Source: Verrucomicrobiales bacterium
GTDB taxonomy: Bacteria; Verrucomicrobiota; Verrucomicrobiia; Verrucomicrobiales; DEV007
Direction: 5' to 3'
Assembly (NCBI GenBank): GCA_002708885.1
Contig: PAPL01000002.1
Span: forward strand, 50,697 to 88,775
DNA length: 38,079 bases
Part shown: positions 27,897-35,940 of the stretch, one piece after another
Position numbering within the stretch: the first letter of the stretch is position 1
Layout: the number at the start of each line of letters is the position of its first letter
Notes under the pieces: generated by a model
Database searches by the model: none
Told to the model about the DNA's origin: nothing
What the model saw: only the letters and a program-made list of their open reading frames with translations
Program-made: the position numbers and the translations under genes

Positions 27897-30035
27897 ATGG
27901 CTAAGAAAAAAGTCGTTAAGAAAGTTGTTAAAAGAAAGGTTCTCAAAAAGGTACCTAGAAAGAAACCTGTTCGATCTAAAACAGGAAATTCTAGGAAGAA
28001 ACCAGCAAAGAAAAATACGAAAAAGAAAGCAAAGAAACCGGCAATTAAAAAAGCAAATAGCTATAAGAAAAATGAAAACTCAGAAGTCATTCACATTGAT
28101 GATATGTACTCTGACTGGTTCATTGATTATGCCAGTTATGTTATATTAGAGAGAGCAGTTCCCAGTATTCATGACGGATTAAAGCCGGTCCAAAGACGAA
28201 TCTTACATTCTCTGAAAGAAAAGGATGATGGGCGTTATAACAAGGTAGCTAATGTGGTTGGGCATACGATGCAATACCATCCTCATGGTGATGCATCTAT
28301 TGCTGATGCTTTGGTTGTGATGGGGCAAAAGTCCCTCCTAATTGATACTCAGGGCAATTGGGGAAACATTCTTACTGGAGACAAGGCGGCCGCTTCAAGA
28401 TACATTGAGGCACGTTTGTCAAAGTTTGCATTGGCAGTTGCCTTTAATGCAAAAACGACTGAATGGGCATTATCATATGATGGCCGAAACAAAGAGCCTA
28501 TTAACTTGCCGGTTAAGTTTCCATTGTTATTGGCGCAGGGCGCAGAAGGAATTGCGGTTGGGTTAGCATGCAAGATTTTACCTCATAATTTCAATGAATT
28601 AATTGACGGATGCATTGCTGCTCTTCGCAAAAAGAAAACTCAACTCCTTCCTGATTTTCCCACTGGAGGGCTAATGGATGCCTCGGATTATAACGGTGGC
28701 CTGAGAGGAGGAAAGGTCCGGGTCAGGGCCCGCGTTGAAAAGACCAAGAATAAGAGGTTATTAAAAATCACTGAAATACCTTTCGGAACCACAGCGGGGG
28801 GATTGATGGACAATATTGTGGCGGCGAATGAGAAGGGGAAAATAAAAATTTCTAAGATTGAGGATATTACCGCAGAAAAGGTAGAGATTAATATCCATCT
28901 TCCGGTCGGTTTGGATCCTGACATTGCGATTGAAGCATTGTATGCCTTTACAGATTGTGAAATTTCGATCTCTCCCAACTCTTGTGTCATTGAAGATGAT
29001 AAGCCTAAGTTTTTGAAAGTAGATGAACTGCTTAAAAAATCTGCTTTGCATACTAAGGGGTTGCTGAAATGGGAGCTCGAAATTCGATTAGGTGAACTTC
29101 AGGATAAATGGCATCACAGTTCGCTGGAGCGGATCTTTATCGAGAATAAGATTTATCGAAGAATAGAGGATTGCACTACTTGGGAATCGGTCATTGAGGA
29201 AATATGGGCGGGCCTTAAGCCATTCTTAAAAAAACTCAAACGTAAGGTCATTGAGGAGGATGTGATTCGTCTCACTGAAATTAAGATTAAGCGGATTTCA
29301 AAGTATGATTCATTTAAAGCTGATGAACTTATACGGGGTATCGAAGAAGAGATTAAAGAAGTAGAGAAAAATATTTCTCAGATAACGAGATATGCTGTTC
29401 GTTATTATAAAGGACTCAAAGAAAAATTTGGTAAGGGGCGAGAGAGAAAGACCGAAATTGCAACTTTCGGAAAGGTCGTGGCAAAGAATGTGGCTGTGGC
29501 AACTGAAACTATATACTTGAATGCAAAGACTGGGTTTGCAGGGTGGGGATTGAAGAGGGATGGAGTTTCAGTCGACCGCTGTTCAAGAATGGATGATATT
29601 ATTATCTTTGGGAGAGAAGGAACTATGCAGGTTTCTAAGGTTGCAGAAAAGACATACGTCGGAAAGAATCCGGCTCACGTTTCCATCTTTAAAAAAGAAG
29701 AACCCAAATATTACTGCATGATTTACCGTGACGGTAGAGATGGACCTACAATGATAAAGCGATTCACTGTTCAAGGAGTAACACGTGAAAAAATGTATGA
29801 TCTGACTAAGGGAAATAGTGGGACCAGGGTACTTTTCTTTTCAGTTCATGATACTGAGGAGGATACTCCTTTGGTTAATGTGGTCTTGAAATCGGCACCA
29901 AGATTAAGAGTTAAGGAAATTGAGGTTAATTTTGCTGATATAGCAGTGAAGGGAAGGGCATCAAAGGGCAATATTGTTACCAAGCACAAAGTGGAAAAGA
30001 TTGTTCGCAAGAAGGGTCAGATGGAGCTCCTTTAA
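27897..30035 (+). CDS. parC: Type IIA topoisomerase subunit A (ParC/GyrA family, Topo IV-like) with a lysine-rich N-terminal tail
   Basis: It has YASYVILERAVPSIHDGLKPVQRRILH, the catalytic Tyr context AAASRYIEARL, and EGIAVGLA. It has a short C-terminal domain with no GyrA-box that I can see. The first ~60 aa are about half Lys/Arg. Confidence 0.85.
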   Translation: MAKKKVVKKVVKRKVLKKVPRKKPVRSKTGNSRKKPAKKNTKKKAKKPAIKKANSYKKNENSEVIHIDDMYSDWFIDYASYVILERAVPSIHDGLKPVQRRILHSLKEKDDGRYNKVANVVGHTMQYHPHGDASIADALVVMGQKSLLIDTQGNWGNILTGDKAAASRYIEARLSKFALAVAFNAKTTEWALSYDGRNKEPINLPVKFPLLLAQGAEGIAVGLACKILPHNFNELIDGCIAALRKKKTQLLPDFPTGGLMDASDYNGGLRGGKVRVRARVEKTKNKRLLKITEIPFGTTAGGLMDNIVAANEKGKIKISKIEDITAEKVEINIHLPVGLDPDIAIEALYAFTDCEISISPNSCVIEDDKPKFLKVDELLKKSALHTKGLLKWELEIRLGELQDKWHHSSLERIFIENKIYRRIEDCTTWESVIEEIWAGLKPFLKKLKRKVIEEDVIRLTEIKIKRISKYDSFKADELIRGIEEEIKEVEKNISQITRYAVRYYKGLKEKFGKGRERKTEIATFGKVVAKNVAVATETIYLNAKTGFAGWGLKRDGVSVDRCSRMDDIIIFGREGTMQVSKVAEKTYVGKNPAHVSIFKKEEPKYYCMIYRDGRDGPTMIKRFTVQGVTREKMYDLTKGNSGTRVLFFSVHDTEEDTPLVNVVLKSAPRLRVKEIEVNFADIAVKGRASKGNIVTKHKVEKIVRKKGQMELL

Positions 30036-32203
30036 TTTGCGGGATTCCAATGCAGTCGATAAAAGGATTTTGAACTTTGTGTCTCAATAAATTCAGTGAA
30101 TTGTTCAGAAATCTCCAAAGCTTTGAAAGAATGAATGAGTGTCCACTTTTTCAGGTCACTTGATTTTTCCAAAGAAAATGTCTTCCCGGGTATGAGATTA
30201 GAAAAATAAAAGATTAATGAATTATCTTCAGGACTGATGACTAGATTGATATTAGGGGCTTTCCCTTTTTCTGCTCTCCAAGCCAAACCATAATTAGTTG
30301 CCACGTCACTGCTGACTCTTATTTCATATTCCCCCTTATCAAGACCTCGTAAATATAGGTGCTCCAGATTATCGAGTTTAGAGTCGCTACTATCATAAAG
30401 TATAAAATCATTGTCTTTTTTTCTGTATAATTCCAATTTCATATCCGCAATGGATTCACTATAGGGATTACCATCAAGCCATTCTGCGGATCTGATAACA
30501 CGATTCCAATTTAGTGAAACCGTAGCTTCCTTCACGGCCTTTTCTAAATTAATAAAATAGGACACTTTTCCTGATCCATCTATGGAACCAAAGTCCCATC
30601 CGTAATTAGTGGAAAATTTCCCGGGCTCTTGTTCCCCCGCAATGAGGATATGATAACTGTTTAGAAGATTTATTTTTCCCGCTCCAAGGACAGGATCGAT
30701 TGGCATTTCTGTATTTCTGGACCAATTGTCAAATTCCTTTTTGCTGGCTCCTGCCATAATTAGAGCTTTCATGACTTCTGGTAATGTTGCATTTCCTTCT
30801 TTTTTTGTCTGGGCAACTCCAATGAGAAAGGTCACGGCGGAACTGACTTGAGGAGTGCAAGCACTTGTAGAATTGTCATTCGCCACAATGTCGGGCTTGG
30901 TTCTTCCTGGGCCATCGTGTTTAGTATTTCCAGTTCCTAGGTCAATCCCGGACACAGTTTGTCCCTGGCTATGAGATCCATTGGTATTACCGACCGTGAT
31001 GCTATTATAACTTGAGGCGAGAATTGAAGGGACCGTTGTTCCAGCTCCATTATTAAGGCCAACGCATGCAATGAACTGATCTCTAAAAATTGCGTAATCG
31101 AATCTTCTAATCGCTTCGTTATGTATTGATATTATATTATCAATTTCGGAAGGATCAGTTTCATTATTGTAACCGTAACTGATCCATGAATGGTTTTGCA
31201 CAAAACTTTCCTCAGTCTTTGGAGGGATGCTTGATCCTGTCCTGAGGTAATCTTCATATACCCATTGGTTCGCAGAGTAGACGTCAACATGAGGAACCCA
31301 AGAAACAATGGATTCGTTGCTGAAGAAACGTTTTGCAACAGCCAAGGCATGTTCTGACGAATTGTAAGTGAGCGAATCATTGGTTGTTTTTATTCTAAAG
31401 GAATTTCCTTTGAAAGGACCGGATCCGTTAAATGAATATTCGATCGGAGGATTGTTTATTGGAGATGTTTCTGGTAAAAAACTACCATCTGACCTCGGTG
31501 CCTCTATTAACGAAACTCGAAAAGGGCAAGAACTTAGTTCAATGTCGATCGAAAAGTCCGAGCTTGTAATGCTCTGATTGAAGGCCTGAATTGCAATGAT
31601 ATTTTCACCCTCATTAAGTAATTTTTTCGCTTTTCCTATGATGATTGATTCCCATTCAGCTTCATGAACCTGTGCTGTAGAATCATATGTTTTTGTGCCT
31701 TCGCTCATATGTAAACGGGCAACTTCGATTCCATTAATCCAGATGATGGCACCATCATCTACATATGCTCTTAGCAACAATCGAGGATGAATGTCTAAAG
31801 AATTAACAAGAAATTTCTTTCTAAGATAGATACTTGTATATGGTTCTGATCCATTCACAGAGGGGCCTCGCATATCGTTCAGTATAGTGTTATCATCATT
31901 ATCACCGTAACCGATAGGGGCCTGTCCTATTTGCCAACTGGAATTCTCATTAAAATCGGATTCCCTCCAAAGATCAGGAGGCTCTGAGGCCTCACTCGTT
32001 CCTTTCCTGTAATACCAACCGGTATCTTCTGCTTGTATGTAAATGATTGATTTAAGATCTACTTCAGGAACCTCTTTGAGCTCTTCAATGAGTGCATTGT
32101 AGCCAATGTCCTTTCCCCATGTCTGTGCCTCGGCACTGCTTAGGAAATGGAATACAAAAAAGCAGTTAAAAATTATTTTTATTATGTTCTTCGATAGGAA
32201 CAT
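30032..32203 (-). CDS. Secreted multidomain protein with a subtilase (S8)-like core
   Basis: It has a signal peptide ending SSAEA|Q. There is an N-terminal beta-sandwich-like module (YLRKKF...DDGAIIWINGIEV...NIIAIQAFN). The Ser motif NSTSACTPQVSS resembles GTSxAxPxV, and there is a His candidate (SSEHALAVA). The C-terminal module is EKSSDLKKWTL...FYRL. Confidence 0.6.
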   Translation of the reverse strand: MFLSKNIIKIIFNCFFVFHFLSSAEAQTWGKDIGYNALIEELKEVPEVDLKSIIYIQAEDTGWYYRKGTSEASEPPDLWRESDFNENSSWQIGQAPIGYGDNDDNTILNDMRGPSVNGSEPYTSIYLRKKFLVNSLDIHPRLLLRAYVDDGAIIWINGIEVARLHMSEGTKTYDSTAQVHEAEWESIIIGKAKKLLNEGENIIAIQAFNQSITSSDFSIDIELSSCPFRVSLIEAPRSDGSFLPETSPINNPPIEYSFNGSGPFKGNSFRIKTTNDSLTYNSSEHALAVAKRFFSNESIVSWVPHVDVYSANQWVYEDYLRTGSSIPPKTEESFVQNHSWISYGYNNETDPSEIDNIISIHNEAIRRFDYAIFRDQFIACVGLNNGAGTTVPSILASSYNSITVGNTNGSHSQGQTVSGIDLGTGNTKHDGPGRTKPDIVANDNSTSACTPQVSSAVTFLIGVAQTKKEGNATLPEVMKALIMAGASKKEFDNWSRNTEMPIDPVLGAGKINLLNSYHILIAGEQEPGKFSTNYGWDFGSIDGSGKVSYFINLEKAVKEATVSLNWNRVIRSAEWLDGNPYSESIADMKLELYRKKDNDFILYDSSDSKLDNLEHLYLRGLDKGEYEIRVSSDVATNYGLAWRAEKGKAPNINLVISPEDNSLIFYFSNLIPGKTFSLEKSSDLKKWTLIHSFKALEISEQFTEFIETQSSKSFYRLHWNPAN

Positions 32204-32310
32204 CTGGGGAAAAAATTACACCTAGTTTGTGTTTCGGTAAATAGTGTTATGAATGCTTTATTTAATTTATTACAGCTAGACCTTTTTTTGTAACCGGTTA
32301 ATCTGCGGTT

Positions 32311-33192
32311 ATGTCAAATATCGATGATTTAGAGCCTGCAATAGCTGTCATTGGAGGAAGCGGACTTTACGAAATAGAAGGAGCCGAGAAGATTGATGAG
32401 TGTAAAATAAAAACGCCTTACGGCGATCCTTCAGATAATATTACCGAGTGCCGTATCGAGGGCAGAAGAGTATTTTTTCTTCCTCGTCACGGCAAGGGGC
32501 ATACGATCCTTCCTCATGAACTTAATCACAGGGCAAACTTCTGGGCCTTGAAATCTTTGGGAGTGCGTTGGGTCATTGCAGTAACGGCTGTGGGTAGTTT
32601 GCAGGACAGGTATGCTCCGAGAGACATCGTTCTTCCTGACCAGTATTTTGACAGAACTAGTCGCCGGAGTGAGCATACTTTCTTTGGTGATGGAATATGT
32701 GCTCACATTGCATTCGGGGACCCTGTCAGTGAGGAATTGCGGTCATTGCTTTTTGAAATCGCTAAGGAGGTGCATCAAGAGAAAGTTTATAATGGAGGAA
32801 CTTATGTGAATATGGATGGTCCGGCATTCTCGACCCGTGCGGAGTCTTTAAATAATCAAAGATTAGGTTTTGATGTGATAGGAATGACTAATTTGCCTGA
32901 GGCCAAGTTAGCAAGAGAAGCTGAAATGGCTTTGGCTACCCTTTCGATGATAACGGATTATGATTGTTGGAAGGAAGAAGAGGATCCTGTCACTGCAGAG
33001 ACAGTCATTGGTCATTTGAAAGCTAACGCTCAAGCAGCAAAGAAAATAATAGCTACTGTGATTCCCACCATTCCAAAGGATCCGGACTGGCCGGTACATA
33101 CAGCACTTTCTAATGCAATATTGACAGACCGTTCACTTTGGCCAGAGAAGACAAAGCGAAAGCTTGAGCCTATCATAGAGAGATTCTTATAA
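32311..33192 (+). CDS. mtnP: S-methyl-5'-thioadenosine phosphorylase
   Basis: It has IAVIGGSGLY, FLPRHGKGH, VGSLQ, and GMTNLPEAKLAREAE, which is typical of MTAP/PNP family 2. Confidence 0.92.
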   Translation: MSNIDDLEPAIAVIGGSGLYEIEGAEKIDECKIKTPYGDPSDNITECRIEGRRVFFLPRHGKGHTILPHELNHRANFWALKSLGVRWVIAVTAVGSLQDRYAPRDIVLPDQYFDRTSRRSEHTFFGDGICAHIAFGDPVSEELRSLLFEIAKEVHQEKVYNGGTYVNMDGPAFSTRAESLNNQRLGFDVIGMTNLPEAKLAREAEMALATLSMITDYDCWKEEEDPVTAETVIGHLKANAQAAKKIIATVIPTIPKDPDWPVHTALSNAILTDRSLWPEKTKRKLEPIIERFL

Positions 33193-33197
33193 AGGCA

Positions 33198-34466
33198 TTA
33201 AATATTATAGGATTTAGAGACCTCATCAGCAATTATTTGGATCCCTTCCTTCACGATCTTTTCAGATTGAGAAAAGGTGACTCTGATACATTCATGACTA
33301 TGAGTCCAATGGTCTACTAACCCAAAGAAAAAATACTCTCCGGGAACTACAAGAACGTCCCTTTTTTTGAGTCTTTCATACAACTCAATAGTTGTGATAG
33401 GTAATTCAGGAAACCAAAACCATAAAAAGAAAGCCCCCTCACTTTCATGTAATCTGTAGGGAATTGTATTCCCGAAAGCCTCTTCCACATATGAACGTGC
33501 ATTTAACATGCGTTTTTTGTAGAACGGTTTGATAAGATCTCTACTTAATCTCATTAACTCACCACTCTCAATGAGCGGCAAACTAAGTGCCTGACCTATA
33601 TTATTATTTGCGAGCCCAACGACTGCATTTGCTGCGGTCACGGCAGCTATTATTTTTTCAGGGCCGATAATGATGCCAGTTCTGGTACCTGGAAGCCCAA
33701 GTTTTGATAAGCTCAGAGTTAAAATAATGTGTTCATCCAATATTGGATTTGCTTCAGTGTAGATAGCTCCCGGGAATGGGTTCCCATACGCATTATCGAT
33801 AATTAACGGAATACCTTTAGATCTGGCGATTTTAGAGAGGCGATTAATTTCTTCATCAGTTAGGACATTCCCACTTGGATTAGTTGGTCTGGAAACACAA
33901 ATAGCTGCGATTTTATCGTCAACTTCAAGTTCATCAAAGTCCACATGATATTTGAAGCCATTTTGTCCCTTCTTCTCAATAACAGCAGGATGGGTTACAA
34001 AGATGTCTTGAGTGATTCCCTGATTAGCATACCCAATATATTCTGGAGCCAATGGCAATAATATTTTCTTCTGCTGACCATTTGTGAATTCTCCTGCGAG
34101 TATATTAAATAGAAAGAAAAATCCAGTTTGTGCGCCAGAAGTAACGGCAATGTTCTCTGGCTCTAAATTCCATCCGTATTCATTGTTAAGGGTCTTTGCA
34201 ACTGCTCTTAAAAATTTTGGATTTCCAGATGGTGGATCGTAATTAACTAAGGCCGAATTAAAATCGTTTTTTTCTTCTAAAAGTTCAGCAGTTCGTTTTC
34301 TCCAAATAGATTGAACTTCTGGTATTGATGCTGGGTTTCCACCGCCCATCATTCGCATATTAGTTTGTTCATTGAGCGCTGCTCCCAAATCTTTCATGAG
34401 GTCCACAATCCCTCCTTTTCGTTCAAGTTTTTCTCCGAAAATGGAGAATTTGAAATCAAAACTCAT
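33198..34466 (-). CDS. avtA: Valine-pyruvate (class I/II) aminotransferase
   Basis: It is colinear along its full length with my recollection of E. coli AvtA: GGGNPA, LPLAPEYIGYA, FKYHVDF, CVSRPTNPSGNV, IDNAYG, and the PLP-Lys motif SLSKLGLPGTRTG. Confidence 0.88.
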   Translation of the reverse strand: MSFDFKFSIFGEKLERKGGIVDLMKDLGAALNEQTNMRMMGGGNPASIPEVQSIWRKRTAELLEEKNDFNSALVNYDPPSGNPKFLRAVAKTLNNEYGWNLEPENIAVTSGAQTGFFFLFNILAGEFTNGQQKKILLPLAPEYIGYANQGITQDIFVTHPAVIEKKGQNGFKYHVDFDELEVDDKIAAICVSRPTNPSGNVLTDEEINRLSKIARSKGIPLIIDNAYGNPFPGAIYTEANPILDEHIILTLSLSKLGLPGTRTGIIIGPEKIIAAVTAANAVVGLANNNIGQALSLPLIESGELMRLSRDLIKPFYKKRMLNARSYVEEAFGNTIPYRLHESEGAFFLWFWFPELPITTIELYERLKKRDVLVVPGEYFFFGLVDHWTHSHECIRVTFSQSEKIVKEGIQIIADEVSKSYNI

Positions 34467-34577
34467 GGTGCTTTAAAGGATTTTAGAGTCAATGATTGTA
34501 GCTTGCATTGATTTTTATATGAATAAAGGGCATGAAAATGTGCAAATTTGTCAAAAATGTGTTAAAATGTTCTTAAC

Positions 34578-34598
34578 TTGTGATTTAAAAATTCACAA
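34578..34598. promoter_or_regulatory. Inverted repeat TTGTGA-N9-TCACAA, 12 bp upstream of the infA start
   Basis: Read directly. It is preceded by three AAAATGT direct repeats at 34535, 34554 and 34564. Confidence 0.3.
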
Positions 34599-34609
34599 AT
34601 TAATCATTT

Positions 34610-34924
34610 ATGGGTAACGAAAAAAGAACCAGAGCGCGAAAAGCAAGATCAAGAAGAGTAGACAAGAAAGCCATTGAGGAGGGCAGTAAGCGGCGGCGTG
34701 AAGGAGCAGCTGCTAGTAAATCTCACGAAGCAGAAGGTACAATATCTGCTGTTTTAGCCGGCACTATGTTTAAGGTGAAATTGTCTAATGGCCATGAGTT
34801 ATTGGCACATATCTCTGGAAAAATGAGGAAAAGATTTATCAGGCTAGTCGTTGGAGACAGGGTAAAGCTTGAAGTTTCTCCTTACGATATAGACAAGGCA
34901 CGTATTACTTATCGCTTAGGATAA
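34610..34924 (+). CDS. infA: Translation initiation factor IF-1 with a ~35-aa basic N-terminal extension
   Basis: The S1-like core is [60 protein letters not shown]. The only in-frame start upstream of that core is the ATG at 34610. Confidence 0.9.
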   Translation: MGNEKRTRARKARSRRVDKKAIEEGSKRRREGAAASKSHEAEGTISAVLAGTMFKVKLSNGHELLAHISGKMRKRFIRLVVGDRVKLEVSPYDIDKARITYRLG

Positions 34925-34971
34925 GCTCACAAATTTCAATGTGGATTAGTTTACAGATTTAATTCTGTATA

Positions 34972-34997
34972 TTCAGCTTAATTTTTCTTTCAGCTTA
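34972..34997. repeat. Direct repeat TTCAGCTTA x2 (17 bp start-to-start) in the infA-parB spacer
   Basis: Read directly at 34972-34980 and 34989-34997. It is followed by CAGTTT x2 at 35004 and 35013. Confidence 0.5.
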
Positions 34998-35034
34998 TCT
35001 TGCCAGTTTTATCAGTTTCGCCTAGCCTCATTGG

Positions 35035-35940
35035 ATGGCCAAGCAGGCTCTAGGAAAAGGTTTAGGTGCATTAATTGGAAAAGTTAGTAAGGACAGTTCC
35101 AAAGCGGCACCTGTCAGTATGGATCCCGGACCAGGTGATCGGGTAGTCACCGCTGTGCTCACAGATATTGTCCCGAGTCCGCTGCAGCCTAGGAAGCATT
35201 TTAGTGACGAATCACTTGATGAGCTAGTTGAATCCATTAGGGAGCATGGAGTCATTCAACCTCTAATTGTTCGAAAAGTTAAAAGTAAGCTTGAGCTTAT
35301 TGCCGGGGAAAGGCGGTGGAGGGCATGCCAGAAATTAGAGGTAGAATCGGTCCCTGTTATTTTCCGTGAAGCCAGTGACAGAGACGTTCTTGAAATGGCG
35401 CTCATTGAGAATCTGCAGCGTGAAGATTTGAATCCTGTCGAGGAGGCCCAGGCCTATACCCGACTAGCGAAGGACTTTGGAATGACTCAAGAAGAGATTG
35501 CAACAAGAGTTGGCAAAAACCGCGCGACAGTTGCAAATGCTATGCGGCTACTTGACCTTTCGAGTGAGGTTCAAAAATATTTAGTGGCAGGCCACATAAG
35601 TATTGGTCATGCCAAGGTCATTCTTGGGGTTAAACTTAAAAATGATCAGACAGTTCTTGCGGACCAGATCATTAAAGGCGGAATGACTGTAAGGTCCGCG
35701 GAAAAGCTGATCAGTGATCATTTGAATCCTGATAATAAAAAAACAGGAAGTACAAGAAACAAGGCACAAGGACAGTTATCAGCTGCTCTATCCAAGGTTC
35801 AGCAACGTCTAAGAGATAGACTGTCCACTCAAGTGCAAATTCATCAGGGTTCGAAGAAGGGTAAGATTGAAATCGAATATTACAGCAACGAGGATCTTCA
35901 GAGGATACTTGAGCTGATCGGTGCGACCGATGCAGATTAG
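35035..35940 (+). CDS. parB: ParB/Spo0J-family chromosome partitioning protein
   Basis: It has ALGKGLGALI, LQPRKHF, the ParB box GERRWRA, the HTH segment TQEEIATRVGKNRATVANAMRLL, and the C-terminal KIEIEYYSNEDLQRILELI. Confidence 0.9.
   Translation: MAKQALGKGLGALIGKVSKDSSKAAPVSMDPGPGDRVVTAVLTDIVPSPLQPRKHFSDESLDELVESIREHGVIQPLIVRKVKSKLELIAGERRWRACQKLEVESVPVIFREASDRDVLEMALIENLQREDLNPVEEAQAYTRLAKDFGMTQEEIATRVGKNRATVANAMRLLDLSSEVQKYLVAGHISIGHAKVILGVKLKNDQTVLADQIIKGGMTVRSAEKLISDHLNPDNKKTGSTRNKAQGQLSAALSKVQQRLRDRLSTQVQIHQGSKKGKIEIEYYSNEDLQRILELIGATDAD

Noticed and set aside
29777-29792. A parS-like 16-mer, AGTAACACGTGAAAAA, lies inside parC.
   Set aside because: It matches the canonical TGTTTCACGTGAAACA at only 12 of 16 positions. 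The left arm is not symmetric with the right, and it is in coding sequence 5 kb from parB. It is most likely a chance match.
34579-34597. A CRP/FNR-like TGTGA...TCACA motif lies upstream of infA.
   Set aside because: The spacer is 9 nt, not the 6 nt of CRP sites (or the TTGAT-N4-ATCAA of FNR). I keep it only as a generic inverted repeat and do not call it a CRP site.
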